Part shown: positions 41,594 through 49,686 of the stretch, in pieces | How positions within the stretch are numbered: position 1 is the stretch's first letter | How the letters are laid out: every line of letters begins with the position of its first letter | NCBI GenBank assembly: GCA_037619625.1 | Contig: JASJMK010000058.1 | Location: forward strand, 7,450 to 71,449 | Reading direction: 5' to 3' | DNA length: 64,000 bases | From: Actinomycetes bacterium | GTDB taxonomy: Bacteria; Actinomycetota; Actinomycetes; S36-B12; UBA5976 | Program-made: the position numbers and the translations under genes | The notes under the pieces: model-generated | What the model was told of the DNA's origin: nothing | Databases searched by the model: none | The model's input: only the letters and a program-made list of their open reading frames with translations

Positions 41594-42244
41594 ATGGCAA
41601 TTCCAATTCGTGTCGGGCAAAGTGCGCCGCAAAAACTAACTGCAACGGCAAGTCGCAAAACTCAAGACCCAAGACTTTGGCTTGGTATCAGCTTCATTCT
41701 GATCGCCATGGTCGCAGGTCAATTATTTCTAAGTAAAGCTTCAGCCCGAGTAGCTGCAGTTACCGTGACAACTAACATCGCGCAAGGAACAATAATTCGA
41801 GCATCGGATGTTGAAGTTGCCCAAGTCTCAATCCCAGTCACGAAAAACCTAATCTCGATTCCAAACGATGTTGTTGGAAAAGTCGCAGCGACCGATTTGT
41901 TTATTGGCGACTTAGTTCAGGTTCATTCGATCACTGGAAACTTTAGCCCGAATGCCCGGGCTGTTAGTTTGCCGATACGCGCTGGACACCTGCCGCAAAT
42001 TTCACGCGGGGAAAGAGTCGATGTCTGGATGACGCCATCACTCGATGGACTAGCCCTTCCTGGGCCAGCCAGGTTAATCATTCCTAATGCTGTTATTGAG
42101 TTTGCGCCAGAATTTTACGATTCTGGCATGGACACTTCCGTGACAGTACTGGTAGCCAAAGACCAAGTTGAGATATTGGTGCAAGCGATGCGAGATGGAT
42201 CAATTGATCTAGTCTCGATTCCAACGACAGGTTCCCAGCAATGA
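41594..42244 (+). CDS. SAF-domain protein, CpaB/RcpC-like (Flp pilus assembly-type), N-terminal TM anchor
   Basis: 216 aa; TM helix LWLGISFILIAMVAGQLFL; SAF-like segment NIAQGTIIRASDVEVAQVSIP. ATGA overlap with the next gene. Confidence 0.7.
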   Translation: MAIPIRVGQSAPQKLTATASRKTQDPRLWLGISFILIAMVAGQLFLSKASARVAAVTVTTNIAQGTIIRASDVEVAQVSIPVTKNLISIPNDVVGKVAATDLFIGDLVQVHSITGNFSPNARAVSLPIRAGHLPQISRGERVDVWMTPSLDGLALPGPARLIIPNAVIEFAPEFYDSGMDTSVTVLVAKDQVEILVQAMRDGSIDLVSIPTTGSQQ

Positions 42245-43476
42245 AAAATGTAATTGTTGCTCTGGGCTTAGTTGAATGGGAATCGATTTTTGTAAGTGGA
42301 CTTGGGCATCCAACTCTTGGTATTGCGGTACAACGGCGTTGTGTTGATGGAATTGATATCCGCGCCGCAATTCAAGTGGTGGAGTGTCACGGTGTGATTG
42401 TTTCTGATGCCACACCTCGAATTGACCAGGATTTGATTGCGGAACTTCGAGAGTTAGATATTCCACTCGTCGCAATTACCTCAGATTTTGAATTTTGGCG
42501 TGAACAGGGTGTCACAAAACTCGTCCAGCTCGATGATAAAAATCCGCTCACCGCCCTCAAGTTAGTTTCAGAATCATTGCGCGGAAAACAACATCCGGTA
42601 ATTGAGGAAGTTATGCCAACGGGATTACATGTGGCAGTCGCAGGTTTTGGTGGTGCAAGTGGTCGCACTACAACGGTGAAAGAACTTAGCTTGCAACTGA
42701 AGCAACTAAGCATGCGCACTGTGATGATCGATGCGGATACTTATGGACCATCACTTGATCAGGAGTTAGGACTTGATTCGAGTACAAATGGCTTACTCGA
42801 ACTTTGTCGCGTAATCGAAAAAAAATCGGACAAAGCTAAATCGTTTGCTGAATTAGTAACGCAATTGCGTACTGGCCTTTCTGTAATTCCAGGATTACCG
42901 CGAGTATCACGCTGGACTGATTTACGAATTAGTGTGCTGCGCGAGTTGTGGAAAGAAGCGAAAGAAAACTTTGATGTCGTAGTAACCGACGTTGGCGCGA
43001 TTTTGGAAGTTGATCATAGTTTGATGCACGAGACATCCCTACCCAGGCGTCACGCGGCCTCACTTACTGCCCTTGAATGCGCAGACGTAACCGTTATTTG
43101 TGCTCGCGCAGATTGCGTCGGCATAAGCAGGTTAGTTCGGGGATATTTGGAGTTTCATGAACTCTTTGCAAAGTCGAGTGTTTATGTTTTGCTTTGGGGA
43201 GTCACGAATGAATCACAGATTCGTGACGTTAAGAATGCTGTTACTAGGCATACCGGCATTGAATCTGTTACCTGTATTGCTCACGACTGGGAGTTATCCA
43301 GAAAGGCATTGCAGCACACTACTTTTATGGGTGAATTAAATCCTCGTGGCGAAATATCACTTGCCTACCAAGGGCTAGCAAAGTTAATTGCAGCAGAATC
43401 AAAACTTTCACAAACTACTGGCTCGGTCGTTGCTATAACAAAGCGAACGCGAAAATCAATGCGACGTGTTGCTTAA
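42241..43476 (+). CDS. CpaE/TadZ/Ssd-like MinD/ParA-superfamily protein with degenerate Walker A and N-terminal receiver-like domain
   Basis: 411 aa. P-loop region VAVAGFGGASGRTTTV lacks the lysines of the deviant Walker A KGGxGK[ST]; IDADTYGPSL and VVVTDVG are switch/Walker B-like. Resembles the actinobacterial helicase/secretion-neighbourhood CpaE-like (Rv3660c Ssd) family. Confidence 0.7.
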   Translation: MKNVIVALGLVEWESIFVSGLGHPTLGIAVQRRCVDGIDIRAAIQVVECHGVIVSDATPRIDQDLIAELRELDIPLVAITSDFEFWREQGVTKLVQLDDKNPLTALKLVSESLRGKQHPVIEEVMPTGLHVAVAGFGGASGRTTTVKELSLQLKQLSMRTVMIDADTYGPSLDQELGLDSSTNGLLELCRVIEKKSDKAKSFAELVTQLRTGLSVIPGLPRVSRWTDLRISVLRELWKEAKENFDVVVTDVGAILEVDHSLMHETSLPRRHAASLTALECADVTVICARADCVGISRLVRGYLEFHELFAKSSVYVLLWGVTNESQIRDVKNAVTRHTGIESVTCIAHDWELSRKALQHTTFMGELNPRGEISLAYQGLAKLIAAESKLSQTTGSVVAITKRTRKSMRRVA

Positions 43477-43494
43477 TTATTGAATTTATTAAAG

Positions 43495-44691
43495 TTACTT
43501 AAGTAAATCCTGCACTCGCGAAATGCCTTCAATTAAGTCATCATCACCTAATGCATATGAAAGTCGAACGTAACCCGGTGTTCCAAAGGCTTCTCCCGGA
43601 ACAACGGCAACTTCAACTTCATCAAGAATTAAGGCAGCAAGTTCAGCGGAAGTAGTTGGCACCTTGCCACGAATTTTGCGACCCAAAACATTTTTCACTG
43701 ATGGGTAGACATAAAAAGCGCCTTCTGGCTCTGGGCAGACAACGCCTTCAATCTCATTAAGCATTTTGGTAATAGTTAGCCGGCGTCGATCAAATGCAAC
43801 TTTCATTTCATTAACCGCAGCTAAGTCACCGGATACTGCAGCTAATGCCGCGATTTGTGAAACGTTTGCCACATTTGAAGTGGCATGTGACTGTAAGTTG
43901 GTGGCGGCTTTGATGATGTCGTTAGGGCCGATCATCCAGCCAACGCGCCAGCCAGTCATGGCATAGGTTTTAGCAACACCGTTTACAACTATGCAGCGAT
44001 CTGCAATTTCTGGAACAAGAACAGGCATTGAGGAAAATTCAGCATCTCCGTAAACCAAGTGTTCATAAATTTCATCGGTAATAACCCAGATGCCTTTTTC
44101 AACAGCCCACTGACCAATTGCCTCAACTTCAGCAGGTGAGTAGACCGCACCCGTCGGATTACTTGGTGATACGAAAACGAGTGCTTTAGTTTTTGGGGTT
44201 AACGCTTTTTCAAGTTGCGCAATAGAAGTTCGAAAACCTGTTGACTCATCAGTCATGATTTCAACTGCAGTTCCGCCCGCTAACCGAATTGACTCTGGAT
44301 ACGTCGTCCAGTACGGAGCAGGCAATAAAACTTCATCGCCTGGATCGAGTAATGCAGCGAATGCGTTATATAAAGCTTGCTTGCCACCATTAGTAACTAA
44401 GACTTGGCTTGGATCAATTGCAAAGTTTGAATCGCGCAATGTTTTTACAGCGATAGCGCTTTTTAGTTCGGGTAAGCCACCAGCTGGGGTATACCGGTGC
44501 CATTTAGGGTCGCGGCAAGCTGCAACGGCAGCTTCAACTATGTAGTCAGGGGTTGGAAAATCCGGCTCACCCGCACCAAAGCCAATAACTGGGCGCCCAG
44601 CGGCCTTGAGGGCTTTTGCTTTAGCATCAACGGCAAGGGTGGCGGATTCGGCAATTGACCCGATTCGGGCGGAAACTCGTGGATTGTTCAC
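43495..44691 (-). CDS. aspC: Class I PLP-dependent aminotransferase (aspartate aminotransferase)
   Basis: 398 aa; [18 protein letters not shown]-lysine motif [16 protein letters not shown]. Sits upstream of tRNA-Trp-secE-nusG, as I recall for Streptomyces (from memory, unverified). Confidence 0.88.
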   Translation of the reverse strand: MNNPRVSARIGSIAESATLAVDAKAKALKAAGRPVIGFGAGEPDFPTPDYIVEAAVAACRDPKWHRYTPAGGLPELKSAIAVKTLRDSNFAIDPSQVLVTNGGKQALYNAFAALLDPGDEVLLPAPYWTTYPESIRLAGGTAVEIMTDESTGFRTSIAQLEKALTPKTKALVFVSPSNPTGAVYSPAEVEAIGQWAVEKGIWVITDEIYEHLVYGDAEFSSMPVLVPEIADRCIVVNGVAKTYAMTGWRVGWMIGPNDIIKAATNLQSHATSNVANVSQIAALAAVSGDLAAVNEMKVAFDRRRLTITKMLNEIEGVVCPEPEGAFYVYPSVKNVLGRKIRGKVPTTSAELAALILDEVEVAVVPGEAFGTPGYVRLSYALGDDDLIEGISRVQDLLK

Positions 44692-44856
44692 GCGATCCAG
44701 TATTGCCTATATGTCGTGCATTGGCACTACTTGGGTGGGGATTTAGTGGTTTTAAGGCAAGGAAAAATGGGTCTAGACTTGACTCACCGACGTAATTCTT
44801 AGTCTGCGCAAGCATGCCTACAAGTAGGTAGCAATCGTTGCATAGTTTTATGCCAG

Positions 44857-44929
44857 AGGGTCGTGGCTCAATTGGTAGAGCACCGGTCTCCAAAACCGGT
44901 GGTTGGGGGTTCAAGTCCCTCCGGCCCTG
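44857..44929 (+). tRNA. tRNA-Trp (anticodon CCA); 3' CCA not encoded
   Basis: Manual cloverleaf: acceptor AGGGTCG/CGGCCCT, D arm GCTCAATTGGTAGAGC, anticodon stem CCGGT/ACCGG, loop CTCCAAA, T arm GGGGG-TTCAAGT-CCCTC. Classic position before secE-nusG. Confidence 0.93.
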
Positions 44930-44989
44930 CTGCAAGATGCAAGACAAAGAATTTAAGCGAAGTCAGTATTGGCAAAGAAGGGAACGACA

Positions 44990-45205
44990 ATGAGTGCGAC
45001 TAACTCCGAACGCTTGGGTCCGTTCGCACGCATGTCACTTTTCTTGCGGCAAGTAACTTCTGAACTTAAGAAAGTTGTTTGGCCAACCAAAGATCAACTC
45101 GTTACTTACACCTCAGTCGTTATCGTGTTCGTAATAATCATGGGTTTCATCATTGCTGTTTTTGATTTTGCTTTCGTCAAACTAGTTCTAGTTATTTTCG
45201 GTTAG
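44990..45205 (+). CDS. secE: Preprotein translocase subunit SecE
   Basis: ATG 44990 preceded by GAAGGG (ORF track starts at TTG 44969). 71 aa; FLRQVTSELKKVVWPTKDQL followed by a single TM helix. Confidence 0.92.
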   Translation: MSATNSERLGPFARMSLFLRQVTSELKKVVWPTKDQLVTYTSVVIVFVIIMGFIIAVFDFAFVKLVLVIFG

Positions 45206-45226
45206 TGGTTAGGTAAGGAAACAATC

Positions 45227-46135
45227 GTGTCTGAATCCCCGTTCTTAGAAGCTGTTGCACCAAAGGCAGAAGATGCTGCGTCCTCGGTAGTTATGGAAAT
45301 GCCCATTTCTAACGAAGAAGCAATTGAAGCAATTGATACAACATATGATGGCGCCGTCGATGTTGACCTTGATGGCGAAGTTTCCACTACTTCTGCAGAT
45401 GAAAACTTCGACTTAACTGAAGTAGTTGAAGCGGAATTAGCACCAGAAACTGCTGACGAAGTTGTTGAAGTTCAAGAGTCTCCAGCAGAACCTGAAGAAG
45501 CAAAAATCGCTGAGGATGAAGATCCACTGGTAGCTTTCCGCGCACGTTTAGATTCCCAAATTGGTGACTGGTTTGTAATTCACTCTTATGCAGGTTTTGA
45601 AAACCGCGTAAAGCAAAATCTTGAAACTCGTGCTGTGTCCTTGAACATGGAGGACTACATTTACGAAATCAACGTTCCATCAGAAGAAGTAACTGAAATC
45701 AAAAACGGAGTGCGCAAACAAGTTAAGCGCAATAAATTCCCAGGATATGTTTTAGTCCGAATGGATCTAACAGACGAATCATGGGGCGTAGTTCGTCACA
45801 CTCCTGGCGTTACAGGCTTCGTTGGTCAGGGACATAACCCAGCACCACTTTCAATGGACGAGGCATTCGAAATGCTTCGACCATCTCAGCAAAAGGCAAT
45901 TGCATCGGTGGCAACCGCCGCCGCATCTGCAGGTCAAAAGAGTGGCACTGGCGCAAAGATCGACATCGACTTGAACATTGGCGATTCGGTAACTGTCGTT
46001 GATGGACCATTTGCTACATTGCACGCTACGATTTCCGAGATTAACTTGGATGGACAAAAAGTTGTTGGTCTCGTCGAGATCTTCGGCCGCGAAACTCCTG
46101 TGGAACTGGGCTTCAACCAGATTCACAAGAACTAA
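45227..46135 (+). CDS. nusG: Transcription termination/antitermination factor NusG with ~110-aa acidic N-terminal extension
   Basis: 302 aa; NGN domain [22 protein letters not shown] motif [21 protein letters not shown]. Confidence 0.96.
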   Translation: MSESPFLEAVAPKAEDAASSVVMEMPISNEEAIEAIDTTYDGAVDVDLDGEVSTTSADENFDLTEVVEAELAPETADEVVEVQESPAEPEEAKIAEDEDPLVAFRARLDSQIGDWFVIHSYAGFENRVKQNLETRAVSLNMEDYIYEINVPSEEVTEIKNGVRKQVKRNKFPGYVLVRMDLTDESWGVVRHTPGVTGFVGQGHNPAPLSMDEAFEMLRPSQQKAIASVATAAASAGQKSGTGAKIDIDLNIGDSVTVVDGPFATLHATISEINLDGQKVVGLVEIFGRETPVELGFNQIHKN

Positions 46136-46168
46136 AGAAACAACGAAGAGAAAAAGGACGCGATAGAC

Positions 46169-46600
46169 ATGGCACCAAAGAAAAAAGTCACTGGACTTAT
46201 TAAGTTGCAGATCAAGGCTGGCGAAGCAAATCCTGCGCCGCCAGTTGGTCCAGCTCTTGGTCAGCACGGTGTAAACATTATGGATTTCTGCAAGGCGTAC
46301 AACGCTGCAACAGAAACACAACGTGGAAATGTAATCCCAGTTGAAATTACGGTTTATGAAGACCGTTCCTTCACATTCGTTACAAAGACTCCACCAGCAG
46401 CACGCATGATCCTCAAGGCCGCAGGCGTTGAAAAGGGTTCAGGCGTTCCGCACACAACAAAAGTTGCAAATATCAGCAAAGATCAGGTGCGCGAAATCGC
46501 ACAGACCAAAATGGTTGATCTAAATGCAAACGATATTGATGCCGCAATGTTAATCATCGAAGGCACTGCTCGCTCAATGGGTATTACCGTCGGTAACTAG
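46169..46600 (+). CDS. rplK: 50S ribosomal protein L11
   Basis: 143 aa; [24 protein letters not shown]. Confidence 0.98.
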   Translation: MAPKKKVTGLIKLQIKAGEANPAPPVGPALGQHGVNIMDFCKAYNAATETQRGNVIPVEITVYEDRSFTFVTKTPPAARMILKAAGVEKGSGVPHTTKVANISKDQVREIAQTKMVDLNANDIDAAMLIIEGTARSMGITVGN

Positions 46601-46671
46601 TAAGAACAAACCACCAGTGGGAGAGCACTTCATGCTCGCACCACGAACTCCAAGCGAAATAGGAGAAAGAC

Positions 46672-47388
46672 ATGAAGCACAGTAAGGCGTACAACAAGTC
46701 CGCAGCAACAATTGATAAGGACTTTCTTTACAGTCCATTGGCCGCAGCGCGGTTAGCGAAAGCTGGCGCTACTAGCACCAAGTTCGATCAAACCGTCGAT
46801 GTAGCAATGCTGCTTGGCGTAGATCCTCGCAAAGCAGATCAGATGGTGCGAAGCACCGTTAACCTTCCACACGGAACCGGCAAGACCGCACGCGTCCTGG
46901 TTATTGCCGCCGGTGAAAAGGCTGACGAAGCTCGCGCAGCAGGCGCCGACTTTGTCGGGGTAGATGATCTGATTACAAAAATTGAAGGCGGCTGGACTGA
47001 CTTTGATGCAGTTGTAGCTACTCCAGATTTAATGGGCAAGGTTGGCCGGCTCGGTAAGGTTCTTGGTCCACGCAACTTAATGCCGAACCCAAAGACGGGA
47101 ACCGTAACCCTAAACGTTGGTAAAGCAGTTGAAGATATCAAGGGCGGAAAGATCGAATTCCGTGTTGATAAGCACTCGAACTTGCATTTCATAATTGGTA
47201 AGGCATCCTTTACCGAGCAACAGTTGGTTGAAAACTACGCTGCAGCACTGGATGAAGTTCTTCGTGTAAAGCCAGCTTCTTCAAAGGGCCGCTACATCAA
47301 GAGAGCCGTAATCTCCACAACTATGGGCGTTGGCATCCAGGTAGATCCAAACAAAACCCGCAACTTGATGGTCGAAGACGAAGACTAA
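46672..47388 (+). CDS. rplA: 50S ribosomal protein L1
   Basis: 238 aa; [34 protein letters not shown]. Confidence 0.98.
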   Translation: MKHSKAYNKSAATIDKDFLYSPLAAARLAKAGATSTKFDQTVDVAMLLGVDPRKADQMVRSTVNLPHGTGKTARVLVIAAGEKADEARAAGADFVGVDDLITKIEGGWTDFDAVVATPDLMGKVGRLGKVLGPRNLMPNPKTGTVTLNVGKAVEDIKGGKIEFRVDKHSNLHFIIGKASFTEQQLVENYAAALDEVLRVKPASSKGRYIKRAVISTTMGVGIQVDPNKTRNLMVEDED

Positions 47389-47398
47389 TTCTCCTGAA

Positions 47399-47435
47399 AA
47401 TAGACCGGCATCTTTTGATGTCGGTCTATTTTTTA
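47399..47435. terminator. Bidirectional intrinsic terminator between convergent rplA and the 96-aa ORF
   Basis: Hairpin AATAGACCGGCATC-TTTT-GATGTCGGTCTATT (14 bp, one G-U) flanked by AAAA upstream and TTTT downstream. Confidence 0.8.
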
Positions 47436-47723
47436 TGCAGTCCTTTTAGGTTTACGTTTAGCAATAGATCCATAGCGCTGCCGAGCAGCTTCGCCCGAAG
47501 TACCGAGTATTTGTCCAATTAACTTCCAGGACATGTTTTCTGATCGGGCCTTAACAACTAGTTCAGCAATTGAATTTTCCAAAACAGATTTTTGTTTTCC
47601 GGCAGACCAAAGTGCATTGAAGGTCGAACTATCAATGACATCCTCTGCACCCGTTGGATAAGCCTCAAACTGCTTTGCATAAAAATCTGCATGCTGTATC
47701 AATTCATTTAATGATCTAGGCAT
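47433..47723 (-). CDS. Putative antitoxin-like small DNA-binding protein (C-terminal HTH-like segment plus basic tail), family unassigned
   Basis: 96 aa. The start codon is embedded in the stop of the upstream 79-aa ORF (minus strand ATGCCTAG). C-terminus MSWKLIGQILGTSGEAARQRYGSIAKRKPKRTA. Coding status plausible; function inferred. Confidence 0.5.
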   Translation of the reverse strand: MPRSLNELIQHADFYAKQFEAYPTGAEDVIDSSTFNALWSAGKQKSVLENSIAELVVKARSENMSWKLIGQILGTSGEAARQRYGSIAKRKPKRTA

Positions 47724-47955
47724 GATGTCTCACAAACCCTTTCCGTAGGCGCATTGCATGAACAATGAACCACTCTTGTTCAATTTTGACAATCCCCAGT
47801 TCAAGTAAGGTTCCATTTTCGGCAGGGCCAACGTACACCAGACCATCCTTGGCGTGGGTTCGAACTTCAATGAAGTTTCGATAGGCATGCAAGATGTCAG
47901 ATTGATTAATGCCGTGCTTGTAGGCAGTTGAAAGAATCCTTGGGTAACTAGGCAT
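47716..47955 (-). CDS. Putative toxin-like small protein, family unassigned
   Basis: 79 aa; KHGINQSDILHAYRN...GTLLELGIV...FIVHAMRLRKGF. First gene of a translationally coupled pair. No obvious Shine-Dalgarno sequence. A palindromic operator lies 5 nt upstream of the ATG. Confidence 0.5.
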   Translation of the reverse strand: MPSYPRILSTAYKHGINQSDILHAYRNFIEVRTHAKDGLVYVGPAENGTLLELGIVKIEQEWFIVHAMRLRKGFVRHHA

Positions 47956-47960
47956 CGCGA

Positions 47961-48005
47961 CAAGTTAACTTGCATGAGATCACTGTAGCAAGTTAACTTG
48001 TTAAC
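47961..48005. promoter_or_regulatory. Two perfect 12-bp palindromes CAAGTTAACTTG (47961-47972, 47989-48000) plus an overlapping GTTAAC half-site; candidate operators/promoter of the minus-strand pair
   Basis: Read directly. Centre-to-centre spacing is 28 bp. A -10-like TACAGT (minus strand, 47982-47987) lies between them. Confidence 0.45.
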
Positions 48006-48051
48006 CTGTGCACAATTTACCTGTGTGGAAAAGCAGTCGTGAGGACTTGTT

Positions 48052-48081
48052 TTGACTTCATCGCCCATAAACCCATAAAGT
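48052..48081 (+). promoter_or_regulatory. Candidate rplJL promoter TTGACT-N18-TAAAGT
   Basis: -35 at 48052-48057 and -10 (TANNNT) at 48076-48081, by eye. Would give a ~160-nt rplJ leader. Confidence 0.35.
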
Positions 48082-48198
48082 TCAAGAGAACAAACCGAAG
48101 ACCGCCGGTCCTTCTGGGAAACCAGAAAGGCTAAGGCTCTTGAAGTTGGAGCGCCAGCGCAGGTGATGTAAGAGAAACAACTTTCTAGTTGTATTCCT

Positions 48199-48222
48199 GC
48201 CTCGCATGCGCGGGGCTTTTTT
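48199..48222 (+). terminator. Terminator-like hairpin plus T6 inside the rplJ 5' leader (candidate attenuator)
   Basis: GCCTCGC-ATGC-GCGGGGC (7 bp incl. one G-U) followed by TTTTTT, ending 27 nt before the rplJ ATG. An upstream GNRA hairpin CCTTCTGG-GAAA-CCAGAAAGG lies at 48110-48130. Confidence 0.45.
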
Positions 48223-48248
48223 CATGGGCCAATTACCTAAGGAGCACC

Positions 48249-49022
48249 ATGGCACGCGCTGACAAGGCCGCTGCAGTAGCGCAGATCACGGAAGAATTCC
48301 GTGCGTCTAATGCAACTGTTCTGACCGAGTACCGCGGTTTGTCTGTGGGTCAACTCAAGCAACTTCGCCGTTCGCTTGGCAAAGACACCACCTACGCCGT
48401 AGTTAAGAACACGCTGACAAAAATCGCAGCAAAGGATGCTGGTGTTGTAGGTTTCGACGACTTGCTCGTTGGACCAACTGCAATCGCATTCATCAAGGGT
48501 GACGCTCTCGATGCTGCAAAGGGCATCGATACTTTCGCCAAAGAAAATCCAATGCTTGTTATCAAGGGCGGAATGATGGATGGAAAAATCCTCAGCGCTG
48601 ATGACATCAAGAAATTGGCAAAGCTCGAGTCTCGCGAAGTACTTCTGTCCAGAATTGCTGGCGCTGCAAATGCAACGCTTGCCAAGGCAGCAGCACTATT
48701 CCAGGCTCCGCTATCACAGGCCGCTCGTACTATCGCTGCGTTGGAAGTAAAGGTAGCTTCGCAAACGCCAGCTGCCGCGCCTTCAGCACCAGCGCCAGTT
48801 GAGACTGCGGAAGCAACAGCTGACGCAACAAATGAAACTGCGGAAGCAACAGCTGACGCAACAAATGAAACTGCGGAAGCAACAGCTGACGCAACAAATG
48901 AGACTGCGGAAGTTGAAGCATCTGATGCTCCAACCGAGGCACAAGAAGAAGCAGTAGAAGCATCCGCTGAAGCTGTCGAAGCTGAAGCTGCACCAGCAGC
49001 CGAGGAATCAACTGAGGGCTAG
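48249..49022 (+). CDS. rplJ: 50S ribosomal protein L10 with long acidic repeat-containing C-terminal extension
   Basis: ATG 48249 preceded by AAGGAG (ORF track starts at 48189). 257 aa. L10 domain [18 protein letters not shown]...[11 protein letters not shown]..., followed from about residue 170 by an A/E/T/P-rich tail. Confidence 0.95.
   Translation: MARADKAAAVAQITEEFRASNATVLTEYRGLSVGQLKQLRRSLGKDTTYAVVKNTLTKIAAKDAGVVGFDDLLVGPTAIAFIKGDALDAAKGIDTFAKENPMLVIKGGMMDGKILSADDIKKLAKLESREVLLSRIAGAANATLAKAAALFQAPLSQAARTIAALEVKVASQTPAAAPSAPAPVETAEATADATNETAEATADATNETAEATADATNETAEVEASDAPTEAQEEAVEASAEAVEAEAAPAAEESTEG
48801..48912 (+). repeat. 3.4 tandem copies of a 33-bp unit (GA[G/A]ACTGCGGAAGCAACAGCTGACGCAACAAAT), in frame in rplJ, encoding [11 protein letters not shown]
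   Basis: Units at 48801-48833, 48834-48866 and 48867-48899, partial copy at 48900-48912. Copies are identical except one synonymous G/A. Confidence 0.95.
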
Positions 49023-49078
49023 GCCCCTCTCAGCACGAATTAACCGGGCCTAACGCCCCAAACCGGAAGGAAGCCATA

Positions 49079-49465
49079 ATGGCAAAGCTAAGCACCGATC
49101 AGTTGATCGACGCATTCAAGGAACTAACACTGATCGAACTTTCTGAGTTCGTTTCACAGTTTGAAGAAGTATTCAACGTAACCGCAGCTGCACCAGTAGC
49201 TATGGCTGCTGCACCAGCAGCAGGCGGCGGCGACGGTGGCGCATCTGCAGATCAGGATGAATTCGATGTCATCCTAGAAGAAGGCGGCGCACAGAAGATT
49301 GCGGTTATCAAGGAAGTTCGTGCCTTGACAAATCTAGGTCTTAAAGAAGCAAAAGATCTTGTAGAAGCAGCACCGAAACCAGTTCTTGAAAAGGTTAAGA
49401 AGGATGCAGCTGAAGCAGCAAAGGCAACTCTAGAAGCAGCCGGCGCCAAGGTAACAATTAAGTAA
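49079..49465 (+). CDS. rplL: 50S ribosomal protein L7/L12
   Basis: 128 aa; N-terminal dimerisation helix, Ala/Gly hinge, C-terminal domain [24 protein letters not shown]. Confidence 0.98.
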   Translation: MAKLSTDQLIDAFKELTLIELSEFVSQFEEVFNVTAAAPVAMAAAPAAGGGDGGASADQDEFDVILEEGGAQKIAVIKEVRALTNLGLKEAKDLVEAAPKPVLEKVKKDAAEAAKATLEAAGAKVTIK

Positions 49466-49496
49466 TTATCAAAAAAGTAATTACTTAGCTAGACCT

Positions 49497-49530
49497 AAAA
49501 AAGTGGTTCCCTCGGGGGAGCCACTTTTTT
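49497..49530 (+). terminator. Intrinsic terminator after rplL
   Basis: AAAAAA-GTGGTTCCC-TCGG-GGGAGCCAC-TTTTTT (9-bp stem incl. one G-U, followed by T6). Confidence 0.85.
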
Positions 49531-49657
49531 GCTGTCCAAAAATAGTTTTGGAAAAAAATTATAGGTTTGTGAAAGATTTCCCAAAGGCTACAAACGCACC
49601 AAACACGGTAAAAATCAGCTTAAACATAACGCCTTCATCACAGCCAGCGCGCAGTGC

Positions 49658-49686
49658 TTGACACCCGCCTGTTTCTGGGCAACTAT
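49658..49686 (+). promoter_or_regulatory. Candidate rpoBC promoter TTGACA-N17-AACTAT
   Basis: By eye: perfect -35 at 49658-49663, weak -10 at 49681-49686. Would give a ~240-nt rpoB leader. Confidence 0.3.

Noticed and set aside
41281-41736. 151-aa plus-strand ORF
   Set aside because: Antisense to the well-supported HTH gene and running across the intergenic region. Cys-rich, unprotein-like composition.
39906-43476. Calling the region a Tad/Flp pilus locus
   Set aside because: Only the SAF and CpaE/TadZ-like components are present. No TadA ATPase, TadB/C, pilin or peptidase genes are in the window, so a pilus system cannot be supported.
44627-44947. 106-aa minus-strand ORF
   Set aside because: It covers the tRNA-Trp gene on the opposite strand and the aspC 5' end. 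No coding support.
45227-45560. Acidic ~110-aa N-terminal extension of NusG as a novelty
   Set aside because: From memory (unverified), long acidic N-terminal extensions of NusG occur in other Actinomycetota (for example Streptomyces, ~300 aa). Not unusual for the phylum.
45851-46321. 156-aa minus-strand ORF over the nusG/rplK junction; similar long antisense ORFs in fusA (60335-60877), tuf (61207-61686) and rpoC (54661-55116)
   Set aside because: All lie antisense within strongly supported conserved genes and have no motifs. Shadow ORFs.
47730-48068. 112-aa minus-strand ORF in an alternative frame over the toxin-like gene and its operator region
   Set aside because: It overlaps the 79-aa ORF out of frame and reads through both palindromes and the candidate promoters. 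The 79-aa frame couples precisely (ATGCCTAG) to the downstream ORF. The alternative cannot be fully excluded without comparative data.
48801-48912. Possibility that the 33-bp tandem repeats are a CRISPR-like array
   Set aside because: The repeats are directly adjacent with no spacers, lie in frame within rplJ, and there are no cas genes in the window. This is a coding minisatellite.
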